The notes under the pieces are model-generated. The model saw nothing but the letters and a program-made list of their open reading frames with translations, had not been told where the DNA came from and did not search any database. This document shows, in pieces, positions 49,838 through 60,800 of a stretch of DNA of 64,000 bases. Location: the sequence record NC_004629.1, one strand, 5' to 3'. The position numbers and the translations under genes were made by a program. Numbering within the stretch: position 1 is the first letter of the stretch; every line of letters begins with the position of its first letter.

Positions 49838-50353
49838 TCAATCGTTTTCTAATTCTTTTTCTCGCGCAGCATCCATCCGCTCCATAAATGCATTGGATTC
49901 CTCCATGATGATACCGATTTCAGTTTCACCTTCTTCAATAGTGTAATTCTCAAATTCCTCATCAGGAATATCTGGAATCTCACGTGGTGTTGCAGGGACA
50001 TCATTCGGATCACGTATTAATGGATTACGGTTCATTTGCATCTTAACGAATTCAGCAAAGCCTTCAGCAAGTTCACGGTTAGAGCGTGCACCCTCAGAAT
50101 CAACTTGAATACGACGGTTAGCAATTGTTGTCTTATCCATTGAATCTGTTAATTTAAGAATCATATCAACTGATTCTTTATCAGTAGGTACTTTACCAGT
50201 TGTATTTTCTAATACAGCTTTTAGTACTTTCTCTTTAACTGATTGTGTATACCGTATCTGCTGCTCATATTCTAGATCAGCATATACCTTTTCTTCTGTA
50301 GTTGATGATTTCTTTTCTAAAGGCTCATCAGATAAATCTGCACCATGGAACAT
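49838..50353 (-). CDS. Hypothetical acidic protein, 171 aa
   Basis: ORF with GAGG RBS. Confidence 0.7.
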   Translation of the reverse strand: MFHGADLSDEPLEKKSSTTEEKVYADLEYEQQIRYTQSVKEKVLKAVLENTTGKVPTDKESVDMILKLTDSMDKTTIANRRIQVDSEGARSNRELAEGFAEFVKMQMNRNPLIRDPNDVPATPREIPDIPDEEFENYTIEEGETEIGIIMEESNAFMERMDAAREKELEND

Positions 50354-50432
50354 TTTATTATCCTCTAATTAGTAATAGTAATACCTAACATACTTACCAT
50401 ATGCTAAGTATCTGAAAAATAGGTCCTATATC

Positions 50433-50957
50433 ATGTTTAAGAAACTTATTCAATATTTCCGGGGCTTCCAAAAGGAAGTTGGTAAAGAACAACTTCTAAC
50501 TGAATTAGAACGGATAGATAAAGATATTATTTCAGGTGAAGAACGATTAAAAGCTATTAATAATTTCTGGCAATTAATTAATCTGGATGAATTAAAAACT
50601 CTGACCATCAGGAAGATGATAGGTGTTCCTGTCTATCTAAGACATTACAGTATTGGTTATTTATTAGATGCTCTAACTAGGTTAAATGATCATATTGCAA
50701 ATGAAGATGATCTAAAGATTAGTGAAATGTGTCGTACTGAGTTTATCGACAGGAAATCAATTGACCTTGATGAATATTTTATAAACAGTAATGATAGTTT
50801 TATTGATGTATGTAAATCTATTGAAACTATGCGTGACTTAATTTGGCAACAAACTGAATATCTTGAACAGATTAACCATCAAGCATATCAGCGCCAGATG
50901 GATAGAATGTACTATGATATTATTGAACTATCAAGAGCAATTATTAAGTTACTATGA
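50433..50957 (+). CDS. Hypothetical protein, 174 aa
   Basis: ORF, predicted helical. Confidence 0.7.
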   Translation: MFKKLIQYFRGFQKEVGKEQLLTELERIDKDIISGEERLKAINNFWQLINLDELKTLTIRKMIGVPVYLRHYSIGYLLDALTRLNDHIANEDDLKISEMCRTEFIDRKSIDLDEYFINSNDSFIDVCKSIETMRDLIWQQTEYLEQINHQAYQRQMDRMYYDIIELSRAIIKLL

Positions 50958-51027
50958 GGTGCAGACTATACAAGTATAAATTAATATAAAGTGTGTTTAT
51001 TATCAATTCACCGTAGGTGTAAAAAAG

Positions 51028-51789
51028 ATGGAATCTGTAAAAGACTTATTAAGCGATCCTCAAAAAGGATTAAGGCAGGCAGAAGGGGTTTTGTGTTATG
51101 TTTTCCGGGAAGTACTACTGTGGCGTAATATGACACAGTTTGCTTGGGATAAACGTTTGAATGCATACTTTCAAAAACCACATAACAAGAATAACCCAGA
51201 TAAAGGTAATCTTAATAAAGCACTTAAAGCTGATACAATGAGTTGGGATGGCTTTAAGAAAGCTATTGATTTCTTATCACCTGTTAAAGCAACATTAGAG
51301 GTACGTCTGATTTGGGGTACATCAAAACCTGATTCAGTTTATACGATCAATATCGATCCAACTGAAGATGAGGTAACTTGCTCTGCAAATGATTTCCCCT
51401 ATGAAGAATGTGAAATTTTTAAGAATCAAAAACCAGCTACAACTACAATGGCCCATCTGTATAGGCATATTCTCTGGAAAGAAGGAATTAACCAGGAGAA
51501 GTGGGATAAGCTATGGGAAGAGTTTTTAAATAATCCAGTCAACCTTGTAGGATTGGATAAAAAGAAACTTACCTCATTGGCTAATACACAAAGGCGTGGT
51601 TTACTATCGCCCAATATGTCTTGGAATACATTAAGACGTGGATTCCTACTACTACGGCCTAAAGAGGAGAGATACACTCTTTCTCTACAATGGACTGATG
51701 ATCCTAATCTTCGAGATAAACTAGAGGACAGTGTGCATATTGTTCCTGTACCTGATCCTCATTGGGTGGAGCCTAATTCAAATGAATAA
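51028..51789 (+). CDS. Hypothetical protein with internal domain duplication, 253 aa
   Basis: Two similar halves, each containing W...W/L...N......MSW..F/L...F/I..L.P. Confidence 0.7.
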   Translation: MESVKDLLSDPQKGLRQAEGVLCYVFREVLLWRNMTQFAWDKRLNAYFQKPHNKNNPDKGNLNKALKADTMSWDGFKKAIDFLSPVKATLEVRLIWGTSKPDSVYTINIDPTEDEVTCSANDFPYEECEIFKNQKPATTTMAHLYRHILWKEGINQEKWDKLWEEFLNNPVNLVGLDKKKLTSLANTQRRGLLSPNMSWNTLRRGFLLLRPKEERYTLSLQWTDDPNLRDKLEDSVHIVPVPDPHWVEPNSNE

Positions 51790-52222
51790 TCCAGAAACCC
51801 CATGGGTACAAAATAATTATCCTGTAGATAGCATCATTGTAGATCAGAGCGGTAATACACCGCTCCCTGATCTATTTCAGTTTAATGGAAAAGAGAAGAA
51901 GACCACACTTGATAATGAGAATTTCTTTTCATTCAAAGGTCTTCGGATGTATCTCATCACTGGTAAAAAAGAAAAGGCTTTTCTTCAACCAGAGGTTAAT
52001 TCCCATTATAAATTAGACTATGGTTTAAAGTATCAATACGTAGATGGACTTACCAATATCCTTCGTGATACCCTATTATTAAATCTTAATAGTCGACCAT
52101 TCGTTTTATTTAAAGCAAAAAGTTTTGGTCCATTAGTTTTATCAGGAGCAAACCTAACCATTCAAGAAAAAGAATGGTTTGAAATTGTTTGTGATGTTAT
52201 TAAATCAATCAAACAGAGATAA
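51782..52222 (+). CDS. Hypothetical protein, about 146 aa
   Basis: ATG at 51782 overlaps the upstream stop. Confidence 0.65.
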   Translation: MNNPETPWVQNNYPVDSIIVDQSGNTPLPDLFQFNGKEKKTTLDNENFFSFKGLRMYLITGKKEKAFLQPEVNSHYKLDYGLKYQYVDGLTNILRDTLLLNLNSRPFVLFKAKSFGPLVLSGANLTIQEKEWFEIVCDVIKSIKQR

Positions 52223-52226
52223 CTTA

Positions 52227-53153
52227 ATGCATACTGAACATAGCCTTAAAATCAGTAAAAAGATTAACTTCCTTGTGCAAGTAGAAGCACGTATTAATGA
52301 ACTATATCAGCAAAGACAAAATATGTCAATTGATCAATTCTCAAAAGAATTTTTCAATGAATCACCTGATGTAGTTAAACAAGCTATCACTGAGCTATAT
52401 ACAACATATCCATTCCAAGATGAAACTAATCCAAAACGGCAAAACCTTCGTTTAGCTATATTTATCCACGATAATGATGTTAGTTGGATTAGTTCAATTC
52501 TAGGCGTAGATGAATTTAATAATGTTTTAAGGCACGCAGATATTTTTTATAATTATGTTAGTAGTTGCGAGACTGTTGTTCAGCGTAATTATTATGCGTC
52601 TTTACCAGATTACCGTGGCTACATGTATGCTATCTATGAAGAGGCATTCAACCGCGTTGCCCCACTAGTCAATAAGTATTTAGATATTGATGCACATGAC
52701 AGTGTTTCATTTTTAGAAACACCCCATGTTCTACCAAAAAAGAGTGTATCTATTAAAGATATTATTGATCCATTTGGTCCATATAAACCTAATTACTGTA
52801 TTAGTGATATTTATAGTGCACAAGCTACACAAGTAACAGAAAATACATATATCGCAGTTAATACATTTATCCGTACTGAGGTATATGAAAGACTATGTGC
52901 TGAAGGCGATACTGTAGATAAGATTGTTATTTCAGATAAACAAAGTATTATTAATGATGAGGATTATATTAAACTAGTCCAAGATAAGATTAATGCATTC
53001 CATAAAGAAATGGTAGATAATGATTTTATACTTTATGCGCCGTTTAATATGTCCAGGTTAATTTATGTAATGAAGGCTAAATATCCGATTAAAGTTACTA
53101 TTAGTTGTAAGGGATTCAAGCATATTGGAAAATTTATTGCTTATAAAAAATAG
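52227..53153 (+). CDS. Hypothetical protein, about 308 aa
   Basis: First ATG (52227) lies just after the upstream stop. Confidence 0.7.
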   Translation: MHTEHSLKISKKINFLVQVEARINELYQQRQNMSIDQFSKEFFNESPDVVKQAITELYTTYPFQDETNPKRQNLRLAIFIHDNDVSWISSILGVDEFNNVLRHADIFYNYVSSCETVVQRNYYASLPDYRGYMYAIYEEAFNRVAPLVNKYLDIDAHDSVSFLETPHVLPKKSVSIKDIIDPFGPYKPNYCISDIYSAQATQVTENTYIAVNTFIRTEVYERLCAEGDTVDKIVISDKQSIINDEDYIKLVQDKINAFHKEMVDNDFILYAPFNMSRLIYVMKAKYPIKVTISCKGFKHIGKFIAYKK

Positions 53154-53163
53154 TAGTTTTTAA

Positions 53164-54300
<1,137 letters not shown>

Positions 54301-54308
54301 CAGCATAA

Positions 54309-54329
54309 GCCCTCCCATTACGGGAGGGC
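54309..54329. terminator. Bidirectional hairpin terminator
   Basis: GCCCTCCC-ATTAC-GGGAGGGC, then ATTATG and a T-tract. Confidence 0.85.
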
Positions 54330-54349
54330 ATTATGTCTTTTTTTTATTT

Positions 54350-55162
54350 TTAACGCATGAAGCCAGGGCGCCTATGTTTAACTGGTGAAATATCCCAGCC
54401 AAGACTTTTCGCTAGATCTGTCACATTGGTGATATCAGAACATTCAAAACCCATGTTAATTTGACGTTCACGTTCACGCTGTACCTGATATAGAGTATCA
54501 GGCGTGATAACCATTAATTGATCTTCATAGTTCTCTAATGCAGGGGAATTCCATTTATTAGCACCGTAAATACCACCTTCCCCAACCATATCCCAAGTTG
54601 AAATCTCACGGGTATATTTGATACCGCGCATAGGATCATCTTGAGTTATTGACCTTACCGAGCAATAAGTATTCTGAGAAGGATTGGTAATAGATGCTTC
54701 GAAGTACTTACCAAAAGGACCGTATGGTTTGCATTTGCCAAGTACTAGTTTAATAGGAAGACCTTTCTCATCTGTAGAATCAACCAGAATAAGTTCCTTA
54801 ATATGCGCACACACACGATCATCATCGATTTGACGAATTCGCATTAGGTACTCATGTTCATTCATCCGTGTGCCATCTTTACGATAGGGTTCAGGGTGTT
54901 TGTATTCCATGAATAGAACACCCTTTTTAACACGGCGCATTAAAGGTGAGTCTGGATTAAACATAGATACGCCGGATGCCATTTCATAGAACATACCAGC
55001 TGAATTTCGGGTACCATAAGCTCCTAGTGGAGTTAGATAGTAACCATCCGCATCAGGTACTAATACACCTTTTTTATTAGTACCGGCTAACATATCACTG
55101 CCGATAACTACTTGGTTATTAGTACGCTGTTGCAAACCAGAAAAATTAGAATATGGTTGCAT
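54350..55162 (-). CDS. gp175: Prohead (head maturation) serine protease, 270 aa
   Basis: VCAHI (His), CSVRS (Ser) and TWDMV.E (Asp) fit the T4 gp21-like fold; size matches phiKZ gp175 as recalled. Confidence 0.85.
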   Translation of the reverse strand: MQPYSNFSGLQQRTNNQVVIGSDMLAGTNKKGVLVPDADGYYLTPLGAYGTRNSAGMFYEMASGVSMFNPDSPLMRRVKKGVLFMEYKHPEPYRKDGTRMNEHEYLMRIRQIDDDRVCAHIKELILVDSTDEKGLPIKLVLGKCKPYGPFGKYFEASITNPSQNTYCSVRSITQDDPMRGIKYTREISTWDMVGEGGIYGANKWNSPALENYEDQLMVITPDTLYQVQRERERQINMGFECSDITNVTDLAKSLGWDISPVKHRRPGFMR

Positions 55163-55173
55163 AACGCAACTCC

Positions 55174-55902
55174 TTAGGTCCTGAGGAGTTCTTCAATAAG
55201 CTCTACTGACTCAGATGGGTTAACAAGTGCTGATGTGATACCTTGATCAAAATAAGCCCCATTGAGTTTTGATGTTGTGTCTGAAGTATTCCAGATAACT
55301 GAACGGAATGGTACGTCGACTGGTGGATTATCCACGATATCACTGTGTCTAGTTAACACATGTCGATATAGTTGTGATATATCATCCGAGGCACGCTGAG
55401 TGGTTGAAATAATAAGTTGTAATGTAGGCCATCCACCAAGGTTAACACCAGCGTGTAAATTAGCTGTCTCAAATAATTTGGCTTTGTCATAATAGTTAAT
55501 ATACCAAGGGAAGTTTCCTTTGTTAATTAACTCATCATAGACATAGTAAGTTAATGTATCATTAACAACTAAGTAAGTATTCTGGAAAATCTTACTACCT
55601 TTATCAAAATGAAATTCTAGATAAACTTCACCATTGATGTGGACGCGTTCAGTAGAGATTGGATTTATCCGCATCATTGCAATGGTATTATTTACTGCGT
55701 AATATTCATCATTAAAAATAATAGGAAATATACCAATAGTGAATACTTCACTACCAATAACAGCTAGATGTCTTCCTGTAAATCTTTCTGGAATCTGTAT
55801 TTTACATGGGGCATTAGTTACTACTGAATTATCTTCTAAATCAGTTAGATGACTGTGGACCCGTTCTGGATCCCGTCGAAGAGAACGTACGTCCATTATC
55901 AT
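55174..55902 (-). CDS. Head protein, 242 aa (gp176-like; homolog proposed as an extra virion-RNAP subunit)
   Basis: Synteny between the protease and RNAP genes. The function is recalled from literature and cannot be seen in the sequence. Confidence 0.55.
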   Translation of the reverse strand: MIMDVRSLRRDPERVHSHLTDLEDNSVVTNAPCKIQIPERFTGRHLAVIGSEVFTIGIFPIIFNDEYYAVNNTIAMMRINPISTERVHINGEVYLEFHFDKGSKIFQNTYLVVNDTLTYYVYDELINKGNFPWYINYYDKAKLFETANLHAGVNLGGWPTLQLIISTTQRASDDISQLYRHVLTRHSDIVDNPPVDVPFRSVIWNTSDTTSKLNGAYFDQGITSALVNPSESVELIEELLRT

Positions 55903-55975
55903 GTCCTAATTGTTCATTTATGTAAAGATTAAAATACTTAATCAAAATCATGCACCTTTAAATATTCGCTGTATT

Positions 55976-56003
55976 ACTCCGGTATCCTTCCAAATACCGG
56001 AGT
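55976..56003 (-). terminator. Hairpin between two minus-strand genes
   Basis: ACTCCGGTAT-8 nt-ATACCGGAGT. Confidence 0.55.
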
Positions 56004-56049
56004 TTATCATCGATTGCATGTTTTAATGATTATTAACCATTAAGATAAT

Positions 56050-57609
56050 TTAATTAGAAACTTCTTCTTCGATTTCAACATCATCTAAAGTTTCAGTGCT
56101 ATCATCTTCTACAGTTTCAATAACTTCTTTTACTGGTAGTTTTGCATAAGGATCAACAACACCAGTGAACCGCTCAACTTTAATCTGTTGAGACAGCCAT
56201 GCTGCCATTAGTGAAATTAGTGATTGTGTATTGAGTTCACGTAGAGTGGCCTCAGGATACATTTGACTAAATTCATCAACTGCTAGCAGATATTGCCAGT
56301 AAACATTTTCTGTAAAGAATGTTTTACAGATAAGTTTACCAAAGGTGATATAAGGATTCTTAAGATCTTCAGTCGTCATCGTACTCATTGCTTCTTTAAT
56401 ACGATATTCGAGTTCATTAACATGGCGATCTTTAAGTTCAGTATTAATGACACCATCCATAAATGATTCATGAATGTCATTGCGTAGTTTACGTAAACCT
56501 TTATCCATAGCCGATTGTTTAATCAGCGGATATACTGATAGCCAACGTTGAATAAACTGTTCTGAGTTATTAAGAATCTGTTCTAGGTAAATGTTATTAC
56601 TACCTGCTACAGCTGCACCAAGGATAGCTTGGATGTCACCACCGGCTAATTCAAATTGAGGTGCAACATCACCATTAATGATTACTTTGCAACGAGAATT
56701 AGCAACTACATTATTAGCTTCTGAGGCTAGGATGAGTAGACCCGCATCACGATCAGCTTGACGACGTTCATAAGCACGCTTGAGATAGAATCCAAACATC
56801 TCATGTAGTTTACGAATAGTTAGTGACCATGTTTCTAGGTCAACATCACTCTCGCCAATAACTTCAACCGGGTTATCGATGTAGTGACCGCAAATCATGT
56901 AAGCCAGAGCTAGTGAATCAACAGTGAATGGGAAGGACCTACCCACAACATATTCAAGTTCACCTGGAATGAGAAGACGACCATCATTGAAGATAGAATT
57001 CCACACACCTTCAATAACAGCGGCACTATTAGGAATAGATAGTAGCCATTCTTCAACTTCAGTTTGATCTAGATGCGGATTACCCATTGACACTAACCGA
57101 ATAATTTCATTAGCATCAATTGATTCTAGAATAAAGGTACGATACTCAGGTAGCGGCTGTAAATTATTGTATCGTGTACTAACGTGTGCAGTTAAGCGGG
57201 GATCACTATGAACTGCATTATAGTGGTAGAATGTAGCGCTTACATCTGGTTGACAACTAATGCTTTGACGCTCATTAAAAACACGTACCATATATTCAAT
57301 TGCAGGGCAAATAACATTCTGCGTATTGAATTGGATCTTTTGTAATGATGAGCAGACATGTGCAATCAGAGCTTCTTGCTCTTCTTCTACACTAACAGGT
57401 TGCTCTTGGTTAGCTTCCTCGAAGAACTCTTCTACAGATGCTTCCAGCTCTTCAGAGAGGGCAACTTTATTAGAGTTGCCATCTACACTGAAACCATCTG
57501 CAAAGACCGCAAGGGGATATGTTTCATTAGGGATAACTAGAACAAGGTTATCCTCAGTTAGACTACGTGCTGAGCCAACAATCGCAGCTTGGGTTTCTTT
57601 ACAGAACAT
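56050..57609 (-). CDS. Internal head protein, 519 aa (gp177-like)
   Basis: ORF with GGAG RBS and acidic termini; synteny. Confidence 0.65.
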   Translation of the reverse strand: MFCKETQAAIVGSARSLTEDNLVLVIPNETYPLAVFADGFSVDGNSNKVALSEELEASVEEFFEEANQEQPVSVEEEQEALIAHVCSSLQKIQFNTQNVICPAIEYMVRVFNERQSISCQPDVSATFYHYNAVHSDPRLTAHVSTRYNNLQPLPEYRTFILESIDANEIIRLVSMGNPHLDQTEVEEWLLSIPNSAAVIEGVWNSIFNDGRLLIPGELEYVVGRSFPFTVDSLALAYMICGHYIDNPVEVIGESDVDLETWSLTIRKLHEMFGFYLKRAYERRQADRDAGLLILASEANNVVANSRCKVIINGDVAPQFELAGGDIQAILGAAVAGSNNIYLEQILNNSEQFIQRWLSVYPLIKQSAMDKGLRKLRNDIHESFMDGVINTELKDRHVNELEYRIKEAMSTMTTEDLKNPYITFGKLICKTFFTENVYWQYLLAVDEFSQMYPEATLRELNTQSLISLMAAWLSQQIKVERFTGVVDPYAKLPVKEVIETVEDDSTETLDDVEIEEEVSN

Positions 57610-57620
57610 TTTAACACTCC

Positions 57621-57818
57621 TTAGATATTGAGGTTCTTCATTAAGCGAGCGTTTAAAGCTGCTGCAATATCAGCCTCAGTTAAAAACTCCCCATTCAGAG
57701 ATGGGGAGCTGGTGGTGCCACCAAGCGATTGTAGAATTGCTTGAGTACCTAGTTTAACAGCAGCATGAAGAACAGCAATGTTCTGACCATGTGCTACATT
57801 ATTACTTAGCTTTTGCAT
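57621..57818 (-). CDS. Small hypothetical protein, 65 aa
   Basis: Overlaps the end of the RNAP gene and fills the gap before the 519-aa gene. Confidence 0.55.
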   Translation of the reverse strand: MQKLSNNVAHGQNIAVLHAAVKLGTQAILQSLGGTTSSPSLNGEFLTEADIAAALNARLMKNLNI

Positions 57819-60800
57819 TAGTGTTTCCTCTATATACAGCTACAAGATGTTTTCCAGCTGCCCACAAGATACCAGTTGTTGTAGCAATGATTTTAGGAGA
57901 TAGAACCATTCGTTCTTCTACCGATGTATTACCGAATAGTAGATCAATATTACGGCCATCTTCAGTTTCATTACGTCCAGTCATTACACGGGAGAATACC
58001 GTTTTCATCTGGTTAGCTACTACGCCTTTATCTCCAACACCACATGGGATATCATGATCGATATACACTCGAATAATCATGTGGTCATATTCTAAGGCTC
58101 GTCCTTTCACTCGATAGTTAGCATCTACTTGTCCAGTGAAAGTAGGTTCTTTCAATGATTTAGCTCGTTCAGCGCGTTGTTTATCTGACGTATTAGCTAA
58201 TGCTTGTAAACTTGGTGTCATATCGTCTATTTCACCATGATAGAAGCATTCAATCTTTGATACTGTACCTACGAGCTTAGCACGTGGCGAATATGCTGAT
58301 AGTTTGCGTAATGTCTCAATAGATGCCTCGTCATATAGTGAGTGAGCAGCTGTTTCAGGATCTTCAATTATACATAGAATTGAATTTAAGTCGACATGAT
58401 CCCCAACTTTCACCATATCTCGAATAGTCTGATCAAACCTAACATCGATATTCTTGATTGCAGTTGTTTGAGTATTTAACCTTTTAGCTAGGTCTTCAGA
58501 AATAACTGAACCGTCTTCTAAAGTGTCAAGGTTATCATCAAATGCTACAACAGCCATACAACCGGCTTTCCATAATACTTGCCCAGGCGTATACCTATCT
58601 TCAGAGAAATAACGTTTGTTATATGTGATAGTATCTCCACGTTTAAACTTATCACCTTTCTTTAATGAGGTAACAAGAATGTGTGGATAGTTAACACCAG
58701 CTGCTGTGCCATGAACTGTACCTAATTGATATCCAAATACATTACCATCGGCATATTTAACTTGGATACCATATTCATCAATAGCTACAACCTCACCATC
58801 TTGTTCTGCTGCTACAGCAAAGATAGAACTAGTCCTTTGGGCTATGATTTGTTCATAGCCTGTACGAACTGGTGTAACTGTATACCCATCAGCATAAATA
58901 CCTTGCTGCTGCTGAATTGAGATAAAGTTAATTCGCTTAGGGTCATCATGTTCGGTTGCAACACCAAGCAGTGCACTAGTTGAGAGTAGTCTAGCTGGCC
59001 CATCTGTCTTTGGATCAAACATACGCGTAACACCACGCATGTTTACAAAGTTAGCATCAGGTACTAAGTAAGCAATAACACCAACGTCACCTGAGTCCAC
59101 AGTTGATTCACTAACCACACCAACATCCGCTTCACCGTAAATACGTGTACGTGCAACCATTGAAGTTGGACCGCGTCCACCATCTCCACGATAAGTCATC
59201 GCTTCTTGTTCACGGATATTTGCAATGGGGTTAGAATCTTCAATAGTGGCTACTGTCGGATCTTGTACAATCTTGCGCCAGATCACGTGTGGATCTAACT
59301 CGACAGTTTGCACTGACCCACCATTACGCATATTAAATACACGTACCGCTCTATTGAGTTCATTAAAAATAGCCCCTGCCATGCGCTCATAACCACGATA
59401 GCGCATATATGCACCATCTACTTCTGCTGGACTCCAGTCGTTCGTTAATAACTCGACAGACCGATAAAGCAATCCTTCAAAAGTAGTTGGTTCACCCATC
59501 TCCTTGAGTAGACCCTCAGTGATTGGATCGACCCATGCTGAGAAGAGTGTATCAATATCACGTGTAAATCTATTACTTAATCCAGCTTCTTCAAGAACCC
59601 TGAAGTAAACATCTCGTTTATTGAAATCATAAACAGAATAACGCCGCAGTGATTTATGATAACGTTTGAGTCCACTTAATACAAGCATTGCTTTATAATC
59701 AGCTCGATCAAATACTAGGATCTCATCAGCGAACGCTAATGTATAATCCGTACTATTGACAACAATCCTGGTACCACGCTGATGACGCTGATAATTAACA
59801 TTCAACTTCTTAAGTAGATTGTTTAAGCCATGGTGATATGCTAAAATGAAACCTAATGGTAGCTCTTTACCACCAATTGACATTAGAATAGCTTCTAACG
59901 GCGCTTTGGTTAGATCTAAGCCAAGTATATCTGTAATGGTACCAATAGGTTCTAGCTCATTACCTGTTTTCATGTAAAAGATGGAATTCTTATCTAACAA
60001 GATAGCATCAGTGCCATTGAACCCCACCATTATCAAATCATCAGTTTCATAATCTTCGATATGTAATCCTTGTTTTGCAAAGAATTCATTACGATCTTTG
60101 AAATTAAAATAGAACACATTACGGTGATTATGGAAGCCTTTAAAAGCTGTTCCTAAAGTAGTGTACACCCTTGGTAGAACATAGTTGGATTGATCTAATT
60201 CAGCATAGGTAACTGAATGTACAGACATATCACTTCCATCTAATGCACGGTTGGTAATCGCTCTGATTAACCAATTATCAAAGTTGTTTTCAGCACGTTC
60301 AGATCTGGTCACAAAGGTCTTATTATAATAAGAGGTCAATGCAACTTTACGTGGATTAACTTTACGAATTGGAATATCAGCACGTTGTAAACGTTGGCGA
60401 TATGTTACCCCATTAGACATGAACCTACCGTCATTATCAATGACAGGGATACGGAACATTACTTGTGAACTTCTACCACGAATAGGCTTTAATGTAACTT
60501 TGTGGATTTGGTAATGGTTACCAGAATCGCGTACAGTTTCAATTTTGTAATTAGTTACTGATACGCCTTGTTTCTGAACAGATAACACACTGTTTAAAAT
60601 ATCTTTCTTTAATAAGACCTTGTTGTATTTGCGTTGGATGGCTTTTAACTTACTACCCAACATTGATTTATCAACAATGGTTGGCTTATCTTCAAAAGTG
60701 GTGTCTTCTGGAATCTTAAGATCATCTGGATGATATTCCATCGCCTCAGCGATCGTCATAGGTTCTACTGATTCATCATTAGGATCGGTAAATGGATCAG

